Shown here in pieces: positions 1-9,600 of a stretch of 64,000 bases of DNA. This DNA comes from an uncultured Trueperaceae bacterium (GTDB taxonomy: Bacteria; Deinococcota; Deinococci; Deinococcales; Trueperaceae). The stretch spans positions 90,493 to 154,492 of the forward strand of contig CAWFFU010000012.1 in assembly GCA_963815215.1 (NCBI GenBank). The letters run 5' to 3'. Position 1 is the stretch's first letter. Every line of letters starts with the position of its first letter. Made by a program: the position numbers and the translations under genes. Below the pieces are notes generated by a model. That model saw only the letters and a list, made by a program, of their open reading frames with translations, was not told the DNA's origin and did not search any database.

Positions 1-696
1 GTCGCCGCCCAGGTGCGGGTCGACGCGGAGGTAGTCGACGGTGTCGTAACGGTGGCTGGAATCCGCCTGGAAGATGGGCGTCAGGTAGAGGACCTCGATG
101 CCGAGGTGCTGCAGGTCGTCGAGGGCGTCGACGATGCCCCACAGGTCGCCACCGTAGATCTCGAGCTGACCCTGGCGCGGATCGGGCGGCTCGCCCCACG
201 TCCTGGCGACGATCGGACGGCCGTCGAAGGTCCAGGTGCCGCTCGCCGGCGCGGGCTCGGAGCTGCCCCTGCGGAACCGGTCGGGGAAGATCTGGTAGAC
301 GGTCGCGCCGACCGCCCACTCCGGCACGGTGGGCTGCGCAGGGAGGTGGAAGAAGCGGTCGTAGCGGGGGAGCACGGGCTCGAGCCCGTGGCTGCCTAGG
401 TAGCCGTGCGGAAGACGGAAGACGTAGCGCAGCGGGGACGCATGCAGCCCCACGCTCGCCTCGAGGCCGCCATCGACCCCGCGCAAGGGCAGCCGCACCA
501 GCTCGCCGTGGCGCTCGAGCACGAGCCATCCGCTGGACTCGCGCGTTCGCACTCGCAGCTGGACCGCGCCCCCCAGCTCGGGCCGCAACGGCTCGACGCA
601 GAAGGGCTCCCAGTCGTGGTACGCGCCGGCGTCGTGCGCTTCGGGAGCGACGGTCGCGTGCCGGTCCGTGCGCGCGCGCGCCCGAGAACCGCTCAC
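1..696 (-). CDS. GH13 alpha-amylase family (neopullulanase/maltodextrin glucosidase-like), N-terminal part; runs off the window edge
   Basis: Manual minus-strand translation from GTG at 696, which overlaps the malG stop: PEWAVGATVYQIFPDRF, YGGDLWGI, LGIEVLYLTPIF, HRYDTVDY, VDPHLGG. Absent from the ORF track because it is truncated. Confidence 0.9.
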   Translation of the reverse strand, partial: MSGSRARARTDRHATVAPEAHDAGAYHDWEPFCVEPLRPELGGAVQLRVRTRESSGWLVLERHGELVRLPLRGVDGGLEASVGLHASPLRYVFRLPHGYLGSHGLEPVLPRYDRFFHLPAQPTVPEWAVGATVYQIFPDRFRRGSSEPAPASGTWTFDGRPIVARTWGEPPDPRQGQLEIYGGDLWGIVDALDDLQHLGIEVLYLTPIFQADSSHRYDTVDYLRVDPHLGGD

Positions 697-2009
697 TCCT
701 TGACCGCCCCCGCCGTGTAGCCCGACACGAAGTAGCGTTGGAAGCCGTAGAAGACCGCCAGGATGGGGAGCGACCCGAGCACGCTGGCCGCCGCGAACAC
801 CCCCCAACGGGTGCTGAAGCTGCCGGTGGTGAAGTTGTACAGCCCGATGCCGACCGTCCACGACTTGACGCCGGTCAGCACCAGGCTGGCCAGCACGAAC
901 TCGGAGTAGGTGCCTACGAACTGCAACAGGAAGATGAAGACGAACATCGGCGCGGACAGGGGCAGCAGCACGCGCAGGAAGGCCTGCAAGCGGGAAGCAC
1001 CGTCGATCATGGCCGCCTCCTCCAGGCTCGGGCTCAGCGATTCGACGTACCCCTTGAACACCCAGGTGCCGAAGCTGATCACGCCCCCGGAGTAGGCCAG
1101 CAGCAGCCCGGTGAAGGTGTTGATCAGGTCGAGGGTGCTGAGCAGGTAGTAGATGGCGATGAGGGCGAGGAAGCCGGGAAACATCTGGATGAACACGAAC
1201 ACCATCAACATGCCGTAGCGGCCCGGGAAGCGGAAGCGCGCGAAGGCGTAGCCGGCCGAGGCGGTCAGCACCACCGCCAGCATGCCGGTGGCCCCCGACA
1301 GCAGCAGCGTGTTCCTGGCCCACAGCACGAAGTGCGACTCGGTGCTCATGCCCGTGAACTGCGATGGCGACAACGCCATCAACCCTCCGAAGAGCAGCAC
1401 GGCGAAGGTGAGCAGGGTACGGTTCTGCCAGCGCTCGAGGCGGTGCGCGCCGGGGGTCCAACGCCGGCCCACGCCGAGGGCCAGCGCGCCGATCAGCAGC
1501 GCCGCCAGCACCGCGATCAGGACCCACTGCCAGGCGGGCACGACCACGCCCTCGACCAGCTTGGCGTAGTTCTCCAGGCTGGCCTGCGACAGGTCGGGCA
1601 GGACCTTGGCCCGGACGAGCAGGTTGCTGCTCTTGATCTGGCGGAAGCTGAACAGGTTGTTGCGGGGGTCGAAGGAAGCGCCGACGACCTGCAGCACCGG
1701 GTAGTACACGACCGCGATGAGGATCCACAACCCAAGGTGCGTCACGCTCTGGCGGAACAGCGGCCACGCGGTGCGGGTCCGTCCGCGCGCGCGGTTGGCG
1801 AGGGCGGTGTAGATCAGGCTGTAGGCCAGCAACGCCACCACTGCGCCGGCCAGCGACAGCGTGACGGTGAGCCAGCCGTTGGCGATGAAGACGCTTCCGA
1901 ACGCCTTGCTGTGCGGCACGCTCGCCACCATCGAGCGGAACAGGAGCGTCCCGTAGACGAGCACGGCGAGGCCGATCAGCCAGCCGACGGCGCTGCGCGC
2001 GACCCTCAT
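693..2009 (-). CDS. malG: Maltose/maltodextrin ABC transporter permease (MalG-like), with N-terminal extension
   Basis: EAA motif SLEEAAMIDGAS, C-terminal FQRYFVSGYTAGAVKE, multiple TM segments; overlaps both neighbours. Confidence 0.88.
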   Translation of the reverse strand: MRVARSAVGWLIGLAVLVYGTLLFRSMVASVPHSKAFGSVFIANGWLTVTLSLAGAVVALLAYSLIYTALANRARGRTRTAWPLFRQSVTHLGLWILIAVVYYPVLQVVGASFDPRNNLFSFRQIKSSNLLVRAKVLPDLSQASLENYAKLVEGVVVPAWQWVLIAVLAALLIGALALGVGRRWTPGAHRLERWQNRTLLTFAVLLFGGLMALSPSQFTGMSTESHFVLWARNTLLLSGATGMLAVVLTASAGYAFARFRFPGRYGMLMVFVFIQMFPGFLALIAIYYLLSTLDLINTFTGLLLAYSGGVISFGTWVFKGYVESLSPSLEEAAMIDGASRLQAFLRVLLPLSAPMFVFIFLLQFVGTYSEFVLASLVLTGVKSWTVGIGLYNFTTGSFSTRWGVFAAASVLGSLPILAVFYGFQRYFVSGYTAGAVKE

Positions 2010-3367
2010 CGCGCCTCCTCCTTGAACGCGCCGGTGAGGTTGAAGTTGATGAGGCTGATGCCCACGGTCACCACGAAGATGATCAAGGCGATCGCCGACC
2101 CGAGCCCGTAGGCCGAGCCGCCCTCAGCGCGGAAGGCGGTCTTGTAGGCCCAGGAGATCAGGATGTCGGTGGAGTTGGCGGTCGCCATCCCGCCGGGGAT
2201 CGCCGGGCCCCCCTGCGGGAGCAGCAGGTAGATCAGGTTGAAGTTGTTGAAGTTGAAAGCGAACGACGTCAGCAACACCGGAGTGAAGGCGGTCCTCACC
2301 AGCGGCAGGGTGATGCCGCGGAACGCCTGCCAGGGGCTGGCGCCGTCGATCTGCGCCGACTCGTAGAGCTCGTTGGGGATGGTCGACAGCGCTCCCAGGG
2401 TGGCGGTCATCATGAAGGGGAAGCCCAGCCACAGGTTCACCAGGATGATGCCGAGCTTGGCCCAGCCGGTCTGCGTGAGCCAGGGGATGGAGTAGATTCC
2501 CAGCAATCCCAGCAACCGGTTGACGGCGCCGAACTGCTGGTTGAGTAGCGCGTTCCACATCTGGATGGTGATGATGTTCGGCAGCGCCCAGCTGATGATC
2601 AGGGCGGTCCGGTAGAAGTTGCGGAAGCGCAACTTGGCGTCGTTGAGCACCACGCCCAGGACCAGCCCCATCAGGGCCGTGAGGAGCACGCTGGCGGCGG
2701 CGAACACCACGTTCCAGCGGAACACCGGCCACAGCGAGGTGGCGGCGTTCGACAGGATGTACGTGAAGTTCTTGAAGCCGATGAAGCGGTAGTTGCTGAT
2801 CCTCGCGACGTAGAGCTGACCAGGCTGGGTCGAGGGAGCGAACGCCGGGACGCGGTTCAAGGTGAGCGTCGTCGGCCCTTCGCCCGTCACCGTCTGCCGC
2901 GCCCGGTCGTTGCCCCGGTACACCTCGAGCTGGGCCCCCACGCAGCTGTCACCGCACTGCAACGCCTGGTTCGGATCGGAGGGGAAGACCAGGGTGTCGG
3001 GCGCGACGAACGTCACCGCGGTCTCGGTGGCGCGATCGGGGCGCCCGTAGTTCTTGCCGGAGAAGTTCGTGAATGCCAGCGCCATCGTCAGCACGATGGG
3101 GTAGACGGTGAAGGCGAGCAGGAAGAGGGTGGCCGGCAGCAGATAATACCAGTCGGAAAGGAACGGGAAACGTCGCCGGAACAGCGCCAGCATGGGCAGC
3201 AGCGCCAGCCCGGTGGTGAGTAGCAGAAGATAGTTCGGCAGGTCGTGAGCCCACACGCGGACGAGCCAGAACAGCAGCACGCCCACCACCACCGCCAGGC
3301 CTACTGCGGCGGTGAGGGCGGCCAGCGCGAGCAGCAGACCGCGGAATCCCGGGGGATGTCGGTGCAT
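2006..3367 (-). CDS. malF: Maltose/maltodextrin ABC transporter permease (MalF-like)
   Basis: ELYESAQIDGAS EAA loop, FAFNFNNFNLIY and TDILISWAYK motifs typical of MalF. Confidence 0.88.
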   Translation of the reverse strand: MHRHPPGFRGLLLALAALTAAVGLAVVVGVLLFWLVRVWAHDLPNYLLLLTTGLALLPMLALFRRRFPFLSDWYYLLPATLFLLAFTVYPIVLTMALAFTNFSGKNYGRPDRATETAVTFVAPDTLVFPSDPNQALQCGDSCVGAQLEVYRGNDRARQTVTGEGPTTLTLNRVPAFAPSTQPGQLYVARISNYRFIGFKNFTYILSNAATSLWPVFRWNVVFAAASVLLTALMGLVLGVVLNDAKLRFRNFYRTALIISWALPNIITIQMWNALLNQQFGAVNRLLGLLGIYSIPWLTQTGWAKLGIILVNLWLGFPFMMTATLGALSTIPNELYESAQIDGASPWQAFRGITLPLVRTAFTPVLLTSFAFNFNNFNLIYLLLPQGGPAIPGGMATANSTDILISWAYKTAFRAEGGSAYGLGSAIALIIFVVTVGISLINFNLTGAFKEEAR

Positions 3368-3401
3368 CGGGGTCCTCCAGAGGGGCGGGCGGCGTACGGG
3401 A

Positions 3402-3439
3402 AGCGCCCCCGACCGGCGATCGGCCGGGCCGGGGGCGCT
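3402..3439 (-). terminator. Intergenic GC stem-loop between malE and malF (mRNA stabiliser or partial terminator)
   Basis: Inverted repeat AGCGCCCCCG (3402-3411) / CGGGGGCGCT (3430-3439). Confidence 0.5.
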
Positions 3440-3463
3440 CGGAGTCCGTGCGGGGCCGGCGCG

Positions 3464-4666
3464 CTACTGCGAGCCGGCGATGCCCTTCTGGATCTGCGTG
3501 ACGAAGTCGCTGGCGATCTGGGTGGTGTCCGAGTCCTGCTTGGCCTCGGCGAGCTTCAGGGCGTCGGCCATCGGGCCCCAGACCTTACCCATCGCCGGCA
3601 CGTTGGGCATCGGGGTGCCCAGCGCGATGGCCTCCGAGAAGCCCTTGACCACCGGATCGGACGAGAGCTGCGCGAGGGCGGTGGTGGAGACCGGGATGCG
3701 GCCGCCGGCCTGGTTGAACGACACCTGCGACTCCGGCGTCACCAGGAACTTCGCGAAGTTGACCGCCGCTACCTTGTCCTTCGAGTAGGCGTTGACGACG
3801 ACACCCTGGACGCCCACGAACGGACCCCACGGCTGCTTGGCGCCCGGAGGCGTCGGGAACGGCATGACGCCGAAGTCGAGGTTCGCCTTCTTGTAGTCGC
3901 CCAGCGCCCACGGGCCGTTGAGGATCATGGCGAGCGCGCCGTCCTTGAAGGCCCCGTCGGCCACGCCGTAGTCGACGCCGTCGGGCACCAGCCCGTAGGT
4001 GTAGCGCAGCGCCTTGATGAAGTCGAGCGCCTTGGCGCCCGCCGCGCCGCCCATCCCGATGTCGGAGGTGTTGGCGCTGCCGTCGGCGTTCTTGCCGAAG
4101 ACGTAGGCCCCCTCCATGCGGAAGAACCCGTAGTTGAAGTAGGCGTCGGTCTCGTTGTAGAGGAAGCCGAAGGTGTCGCCGGTGGTGAACTTCTTGGCGA
4201 TCGCCAGGAACTCGTCCCAGTTCTTGGGCGGTTGCGGCACCAGCTTCTTGTTGTAGATCAGCGCGACCGATTCGGCGCTCATGGGCATGCCGAAGAGCTT
4301 GCCCCCGTAGGTGAAGGCGTCCACCGACACCGGCTCGAGCCCGGAGATGTAGTTCTCGGTGACGTACTTGTCCAGCGGTTCGAGAACGCCGGCCACCGCC
4401 ATCTCGCCCATCTGGTCCTGGGGCAGGGTGACGACCAGATCGGGTCCCTTGCCTTGCGGCGCGCCCAGGATGAACTTCTGCTTGATGTCCGCGAACGGCA
4501 CCGTAACGATGTTGACGGTGGTACCGGTCGCCTTCTGGAAGCTCTGGGCCGCACTCTGCAGCCACTGCTGCTCCGGGCCGCCGAAATGGGTCCAGACGGT
4601 GATGGTGCCTTGCGCGAAGACGAACCCGAACAAGGCGAAGAAGAGCGTGAACAGCACCTTCCTCAT
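3464..4666 (-). CDS. malE: Maltose/maltodextrin-binding protein (MalE-like)
   Basis: Signal peptide ending VFA-Q; GPDL, ALIYNK, AMILNGPW, PFVGV and MPNVPAMGKVW motifs; GGGGAGG RBS. Confidence 0.88.
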   Translation of the reverse strand: MRKVLFTLFFALFGFVFAQGTITVWTHFGGPEQQWLQSAAQSFQKATGTTVNIVTVPFADIKQKFILGAPQGKGPDLVVTLPQDQMGEMAVAGVLEPLDKYVTENYISGLEPVSVDAFTYGGKLFGMPMSAESVALIYNKKLVPQPPKNWDEFLAIAKKFTTGDTFGFLYNETDAYFNYGFFRMEGAYVFGKNADGSANTSDIGMGGAAGAKALDFIKALRYTYGLVPDGVDYGVADGAFKDGALAMILNGPWALGDYKKANLDFGVMPFPTPPGAKQPWGPFVGVQGVVVNAYSKDKVAAVNFAKFLVTPESQVSFNQAGGRIPVSTTALAQLSSDPVVKGFSEAIALGTPMPNVPAMGKVWGPMADALKLAEAKQDSDTTQIASDFVTQIQKGIAGSQ

Positions 4667-4703
4667 GCGGATACCTCCCCTAAGGGATCTCCTGACGAGA
4701 TCC

Positions 4704-4728
4704 TGTTATCGTTATCGCTTCAAGCATA
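4704..4728 (-). promoter_or_regulatory. Putative malE promoter -10 (TGgTATGCT) with a downstream LacI-type operator
   Basis: Minus-strand TATGCT at 4723-4728; imperfect palindrome TGTTATCGTTATCG at 4704-4717 with central CG. Confidence 0.45.
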
Positions 4729-4852
4729 CCAAGCCGCTCGTGGCGCGCCGTGAGCGGATTCGCAGCGCTCCCTGGCGCCGCGGCGCCGGCCTCCGATGGC
4801 CGGGCCGGGGCATCGCGCGACGGGTCGGACGCGGCGTACACTACCGATCGCG

Positions 4853-5740
4853 ATGGACGGTCCGAACGATGTGCGCGGCGTGATCTCGGCGGTGGGCAGC
4901 CTGACTCTGGGCGAAGCGCGGGGGATCGTGATCCGCCGCCTGCAGGCGGCCGGGATCGATAGCGCGGCGCCGGAAGCGCTGGCGCTGCTGGAGGCCGCGA
5001 CCGGGCTGGAGCGTTCGGTCCTGATGCTCCGCCCCGAGCGCGAACTGCACGGCGACGAGCGGCGGCGCCTGCGCGACAGCCTGCGCCGCCGCGTGGCGCG
5101 CGAGCCGCTCCAGCACATCCTGGGCACCGCCCCCTTCTACGGGCTCGAGCTCGCCGTGGACACGACGGTGCTGGTACCGCGGCCCGAGACCGAACGTCTG
5201 GTGGAGCTGGTGCTGGAAGGGCTGCAGGGCGTGGAGCGTCCGCGCGTGCTCGATGTCGGCACGGGCAGCGGCGCCATCGCGCTGGCGCTGCGCGCCGAGC
5301 GTCCCGACGCCGAGGTCATGGCAACCGACGTGGTCCCCGAGGCGGTGGCCCTGGCGCGCCGCAACACCGAGCGGTTGCGCCTCGACGTCAGGGTCCTTCG
5401 CTCCGACCTGCTGGCCGAGGCCGACGTCGCCGCCTTCGCGGCCGGGTGCCATGCACTGGTCGCGAACCTCCCCTACCTTCCCGAGGCGGATGCCGGCACG
5501 CTACAGCCCGAGGCCGAGCGCGATCCGGCTCTAGCCCTGTACGCCGGCCCGGACGGTCTGCGGCTGGCGCGGCGACTGCTGAGGCAGGCCTCGAGATTGC
5601 TGTCCGGCGGTGCGTTGCTGGCGCTGGAACTCGACCCGCGCAACGTGCGCGCGGCCTTTCGCGAGGCCGGCGCCTGGCGCGATGCCCGCATCGAGCGGGA
5701 TCTGACGGGTCGCGAGCGGTTCCTGCTGGCGCGTCGCTGA
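4853..5740 (+). CDS. prmC: Release factor glutamine methyltransferase PrmC/HemK
   Basis: REPLQHILG, VLVPRPETE, LDVGTGSGAIA and NLPY motifs; start uncertain (4853 or 4880). Confidence 0.92.
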   Translation: MDGPNDVRGVISAVGSLTLGEARGIVIRRLQAAGIDSAAPEALALLEAATGLERSVLMLRPERELHGDERRRLRDSLRRRVAREPLQHILGTAPFYGLELAVDTTVLVPRPETERLVELVLEGLQGVERPRVLDVGTGSGAIALALRAERPDAEVMATDVVPEAVALARRNTERLRLDVRVLRSDLLAEADVAAFAAGCHALVANLPYLPEADAGTLQPEAERDPALALYAGPDGLRLARRLLRQASRLLSGGALLALELDPRNVRAAFREAGAWRDARIERDLTGRERFLLARR

Positions 5741-5834
5741 CTTCGTTGATGCTGTGGGGTCGATCAGTCGATGGCCCGGGGCGTGCGGCCTCGCCGCTAC
5801 GGGCCGTCGCGCCAAGGGCCGGCGCTCCAAAGGC

Positions 5835-6473
5835 CTAGTCGCTGCGCGCCGACTCGCCGCGAGTGCCGCCGCCCGCCTCCTCGCGCCGGTCCGGACGAAG
5901 CGGGGGCAGGTCCGGGAAGTCCGTGACGGCGACGACTGAACGATCGGTGTGGGGATGGCTCGGCGCACGGCGTCGTGACGCCGTCGCCTCCCCCACGCCA
6001 GACGACAGCACGCTCGCGAGCAGCAGCAGCCCGGCCCCGATGACGATGCTGGCGTCGGCAACGTTGAAGACCGCGAAATCGAAGCCCCGTACGTGGAAGT
6101 GGATGAAATCCACCACGTAGTGCAGGCGGAAGCGGTCGATCATGTTGCCCGTCGCGCCCGCCAGCACCAACGCCAGCGCCACGCGCGTTACGGTCGACAG
6201 ACGGCGCCCACTGCGCAGCAGGTAGACCGCGATCACCAGCGCCACCACCGCCGACAGGATGCCGAGCAGGAAGGTACCGTCGATGGTGAGCGGTCCGAGT
6301 TGCAGGTGGAGGTTGCGCAACATACCGAACGCGGCGCCGTTGTTGCGGATGTGCACGATATGGAAGCCGAGGCCGATGGACACCTCGCGGCTGCCCTCCG
6401 GCAGCGCCGCGACCACCCACGCCTTGCTGATCTGGTCCGCGGCGACGAGCAGGGCCGCCAGGAGCAATGCCAT
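5835..6473 (-). CDS. lspA: Lipoprotein signal peptidase II
   Basis: DQISK, NNGAAFG, GATGNMIDR, VVDFI and FNVAD motifs. Confidence 0.95.
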   Translation of the reverse strand: MALLLAALLVAADQISKAWVVAALPEGSREVSIGLGFHIVHIRNNGAAFGMLRNLHLQLGPLTIDGTFLLGILSAVVALVIAVYLLRSGRRLSTVTRVALALVLAGATGNMIDRFRLHYVVDFIHFHVRGFDFAVFNVADASIVIGAGLLLLASVLSSGVGEATASRRRAPSHPHTDRSVVAVTDFPDLPPLRPDRREEAGGGTRGESARSD

Positions 6474-6672
6474 CTCGCACAGTATAGGCGGGTCGCGGCG
6501 GCCGGGAGGTTCGCCGTGGCACGCCCACCGCTGAGGGGGCGGGCGGTGTCCCGGTCCCGTCGTGGCGCCAGGGACCCGCTTCTGGAGCCTTGGTTATAGT
6601 GGGGCGCATACGTGCAAGCGTCTGCCGGCCTGGGGTGCGGTATGCCCACGGGCCGTTGAGAGGCGGCAGAAC

Positions 6673-9600
6673 ATGCCAGCAACCCTGGAACAGGTACGCA
6701 ATCGGATCCGGCGCTCCGGCAGCCAGGAAGGCCCTCTCCTGACCCGGTTCGCCGAGATCCTCTTCGGCAAGGCTGACGACGCGTTCCTGGACGAGTTCGA
6801 TTCCGACAGCCTGTTCGCCATGGCGGTCGACGGCCTCCATTTCCTGGAGGGCGGTCTGCGGGACGGTCCGCGCGTGCAGGTCTTCAACCCGCGGTTCGAC
6901 ACCGACGGTTGGGACGCCCCCTACACCGTGATCCGTTTGCTGCTCTACGATCGACCGTTCATCGTCGATTCGGTCCGGGCCGAGCTCGGCCGGCATGGCG
7001 TGGAGCTGTTCCACTTGCTCCACCCGATGGTCACTCCGGAGCGCGACCCTTCGGGGGCGGTCGTCGGCGTCGGCGTCAAGGGGGAGCGGGAACGGCGCGA
7101 AGCGGTCGAGATGTACTTCGTGGAGCGTCTGGAGAGTGAAGAGAAGCGGGCCGATCTGGCAGCCGCCATCCGGCGCGTGCTGCAAGACGTGCTCCTGGCC
7201 ACCGGCGACTACGCGGCGATGCGCGAGCGGGCGCTGGCGATGCGCGCCTACGTAGCCGGACTGCGCCAGAAGAGCGCGCAGGGCTACCATCGTGATCGCG
7301 GCGAGGAGCTCGAGGAGTACGGCGCCTTCATGGAGTGGCTCGACGACGACAACTTCGTGTTCCTGGGCTATCGCGAGTACGACATCACCACGGTGGACGG
7401 GGTGCGCTCGCTGCAGGTCACGCCCGACAGCGGCCTGGGCATCCTACGCAAGACCGAGACCAGCGCCTACGAACAGGCGGTAGCCATCGCGGACCTCCCC
7501 GAGGGTCTGCGGGAGCGCGTCACCGGCGGCCGCGTGTTCGTGGTGACCAAGACCAACGCCGAGTCGACCGTGCACCGTCCGGCGCGCATGGACTACATCG
7601 GCATCAAGAAGCTCTCGGACAGCTGGCAGGTGCTGGGCGAGCACCGCTTCCTGGGCTTGTTCACGTCCAAGGCGCACTCCACCCCGGTCGAGCACATCCC
7701 CATCCTCCGGCGCAAGCTGCGACAGGTGCTGGAGCTCGACGACGCGCTCCCGGGGTCGCACGACTACAAGGGCATCGTGGCGGTGTTCAACACCATGCCG
7801 CGCGAGGAGCTCTTCTGGTCGGATGCCGAACAGCTCCACCGCGACATCCGCACCATCCTCGGGCTCGAGCAGGAGCGGGGTGTCCGCGTGACGCTGCGCC
7901 CGGACCCGCTGAGCAGGGGCGTGGGCGTCATGGTCATCATGCCGCGCGAGAGCTTCAACTCCGAGGTTCGCCGCACTGTGCAGCACTTCCTCGCCCGCAA
8001 GCTCGTGGCCGACCATGTCGACTACAACCTGGCGATGGGCGAGGACCAGGCGCAGGTGCGCTTCCACTTCTTCTTCACCACTTCCCTGCGTGCCGACGAG
8101 ATCGACCTGAAGGGGCTGGAACGCGAGGTCGCCGACCTGGCGCGAAGCTGGCGCGACGAGCTCCGCGAGCGCCTGGTGTCCGCGCACGGCGCGCGCGAGG
8201 GCCGCAGGTTGGCGGAGCGGTACTCGGAGGCGTTCGACCAGCGCTATACCGCCGACACCGGTGCCGCCCTGGCGCTGCGCGATATCGCGAACCTCGAGCG
8301 GCTCGGTGGCGACACCGTCCTGGCCGACGTGCTCAACCCACCCGAGGAGCGCGGCGAGGATGCCGCCAGCCTGGTGCGCATCTACCACCAGGGCCACGGC
8401 ATGGCGTTGTCCGACGTGCTTCCCGTGCTCGAGAACGTGGGCTTCCGGGTGATCGAGCAGGTCCCCTACATGTTCACGCTCGAAGGCGGCCAGCGCGGCA
8501 TCGAGGTGTTCCGGGTGCGGGATGCCGAGGGCCGAGCGCTCGACGTGCGTCGCCATCGGCAGCGGTTGGTGGATGCCCTGGAGAGCCTGCTGTTGGGTCG
8601 CGCCGAGAACGACCGCCTCAATCGGCTGGTGCTCAAGGCCGGGCTCACGGTCCGTCAGGTTGCGCTGCTGCGCACCTACCAGATGGACTTCGCGCAGCTC
8701 AACGCGGTCACCAGCCGCCGCTTCGTCAACGACACCCTGCTGGCGCACCCGTCCGTGGCGGCCGATCTGGTGACCTTCTTCGAGGCCCGTTTCGACCCCG
8801 CCCGCGCCGATGGTCGTGACGAGCGCATGGAGCAGGCGCGGCAGGCGGTCCTCACCGGTCTAGCCGAGGTGCGCTCGCTGCCGGAGGACCGTTCCCTTCG
8901 GGGCCTGCTCGACCTCATGGAGGCGACGGTCCGCACCAACTACTTCCTCGACAAGGACTACATCGCCTTCAAGCTCGCGTCGGGGCAGGTGGCCAGCATG
9001 CCGGACCCGCGACCGCTGTACGAGATCGCCGTGGCCGGGCTTGGCGTCGAGGGCGTGCACCTGCGCGGCGGCAAGGTAGCTCGCGGTGGCATCCGCTGGA
9101 GCGACCGACCGGACGACTTCCGCACGGAGATCCTGGGGCTCATGAAGACGCAGATGACCAAGAACGCCGTCATCGTGCCGGTGGGCTCCAAGGGGGGCTT
9201 CGTGCTCAAGCGGGCGCCGCTGGGCCGCGATGCGCTGCGCGCCTACGTGCGCGAGCAGTACCAGGTGTTCATCAGGGGCCTGCTCGACCTGACGGACAAC
9301 CGCGTCGACGACCGCGTGGTCCACCCCGAGGGGCTCGTCATCTACGACGAGGACGACCCCTACCTGGTGGTGGCGGCCGACAAGGGCACCGCGACCTTCT
9401 CGGACCTCGCCAACGAGACCGCCGCCGAGTACGGCTACTGGCTGGGCGACGCCTTCGCCTCGGGCGGCTCGCACGGCTACGACCACAAGGTCATCGGCAT
9501 CACCGCCCGCGGCGCCTGGGAGTGCGTGGCGCGTCACTTCGACGAGCTGGGACTCGACGTCTTCGAGGACGCGTTCAGCGTGGTCGGGATCGGCGACATG

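Noticed and set aside
13..399. Plus-strand 128-aa ORF
   Set aside because: Antisense shadow of the minus-strand GH13 gene.
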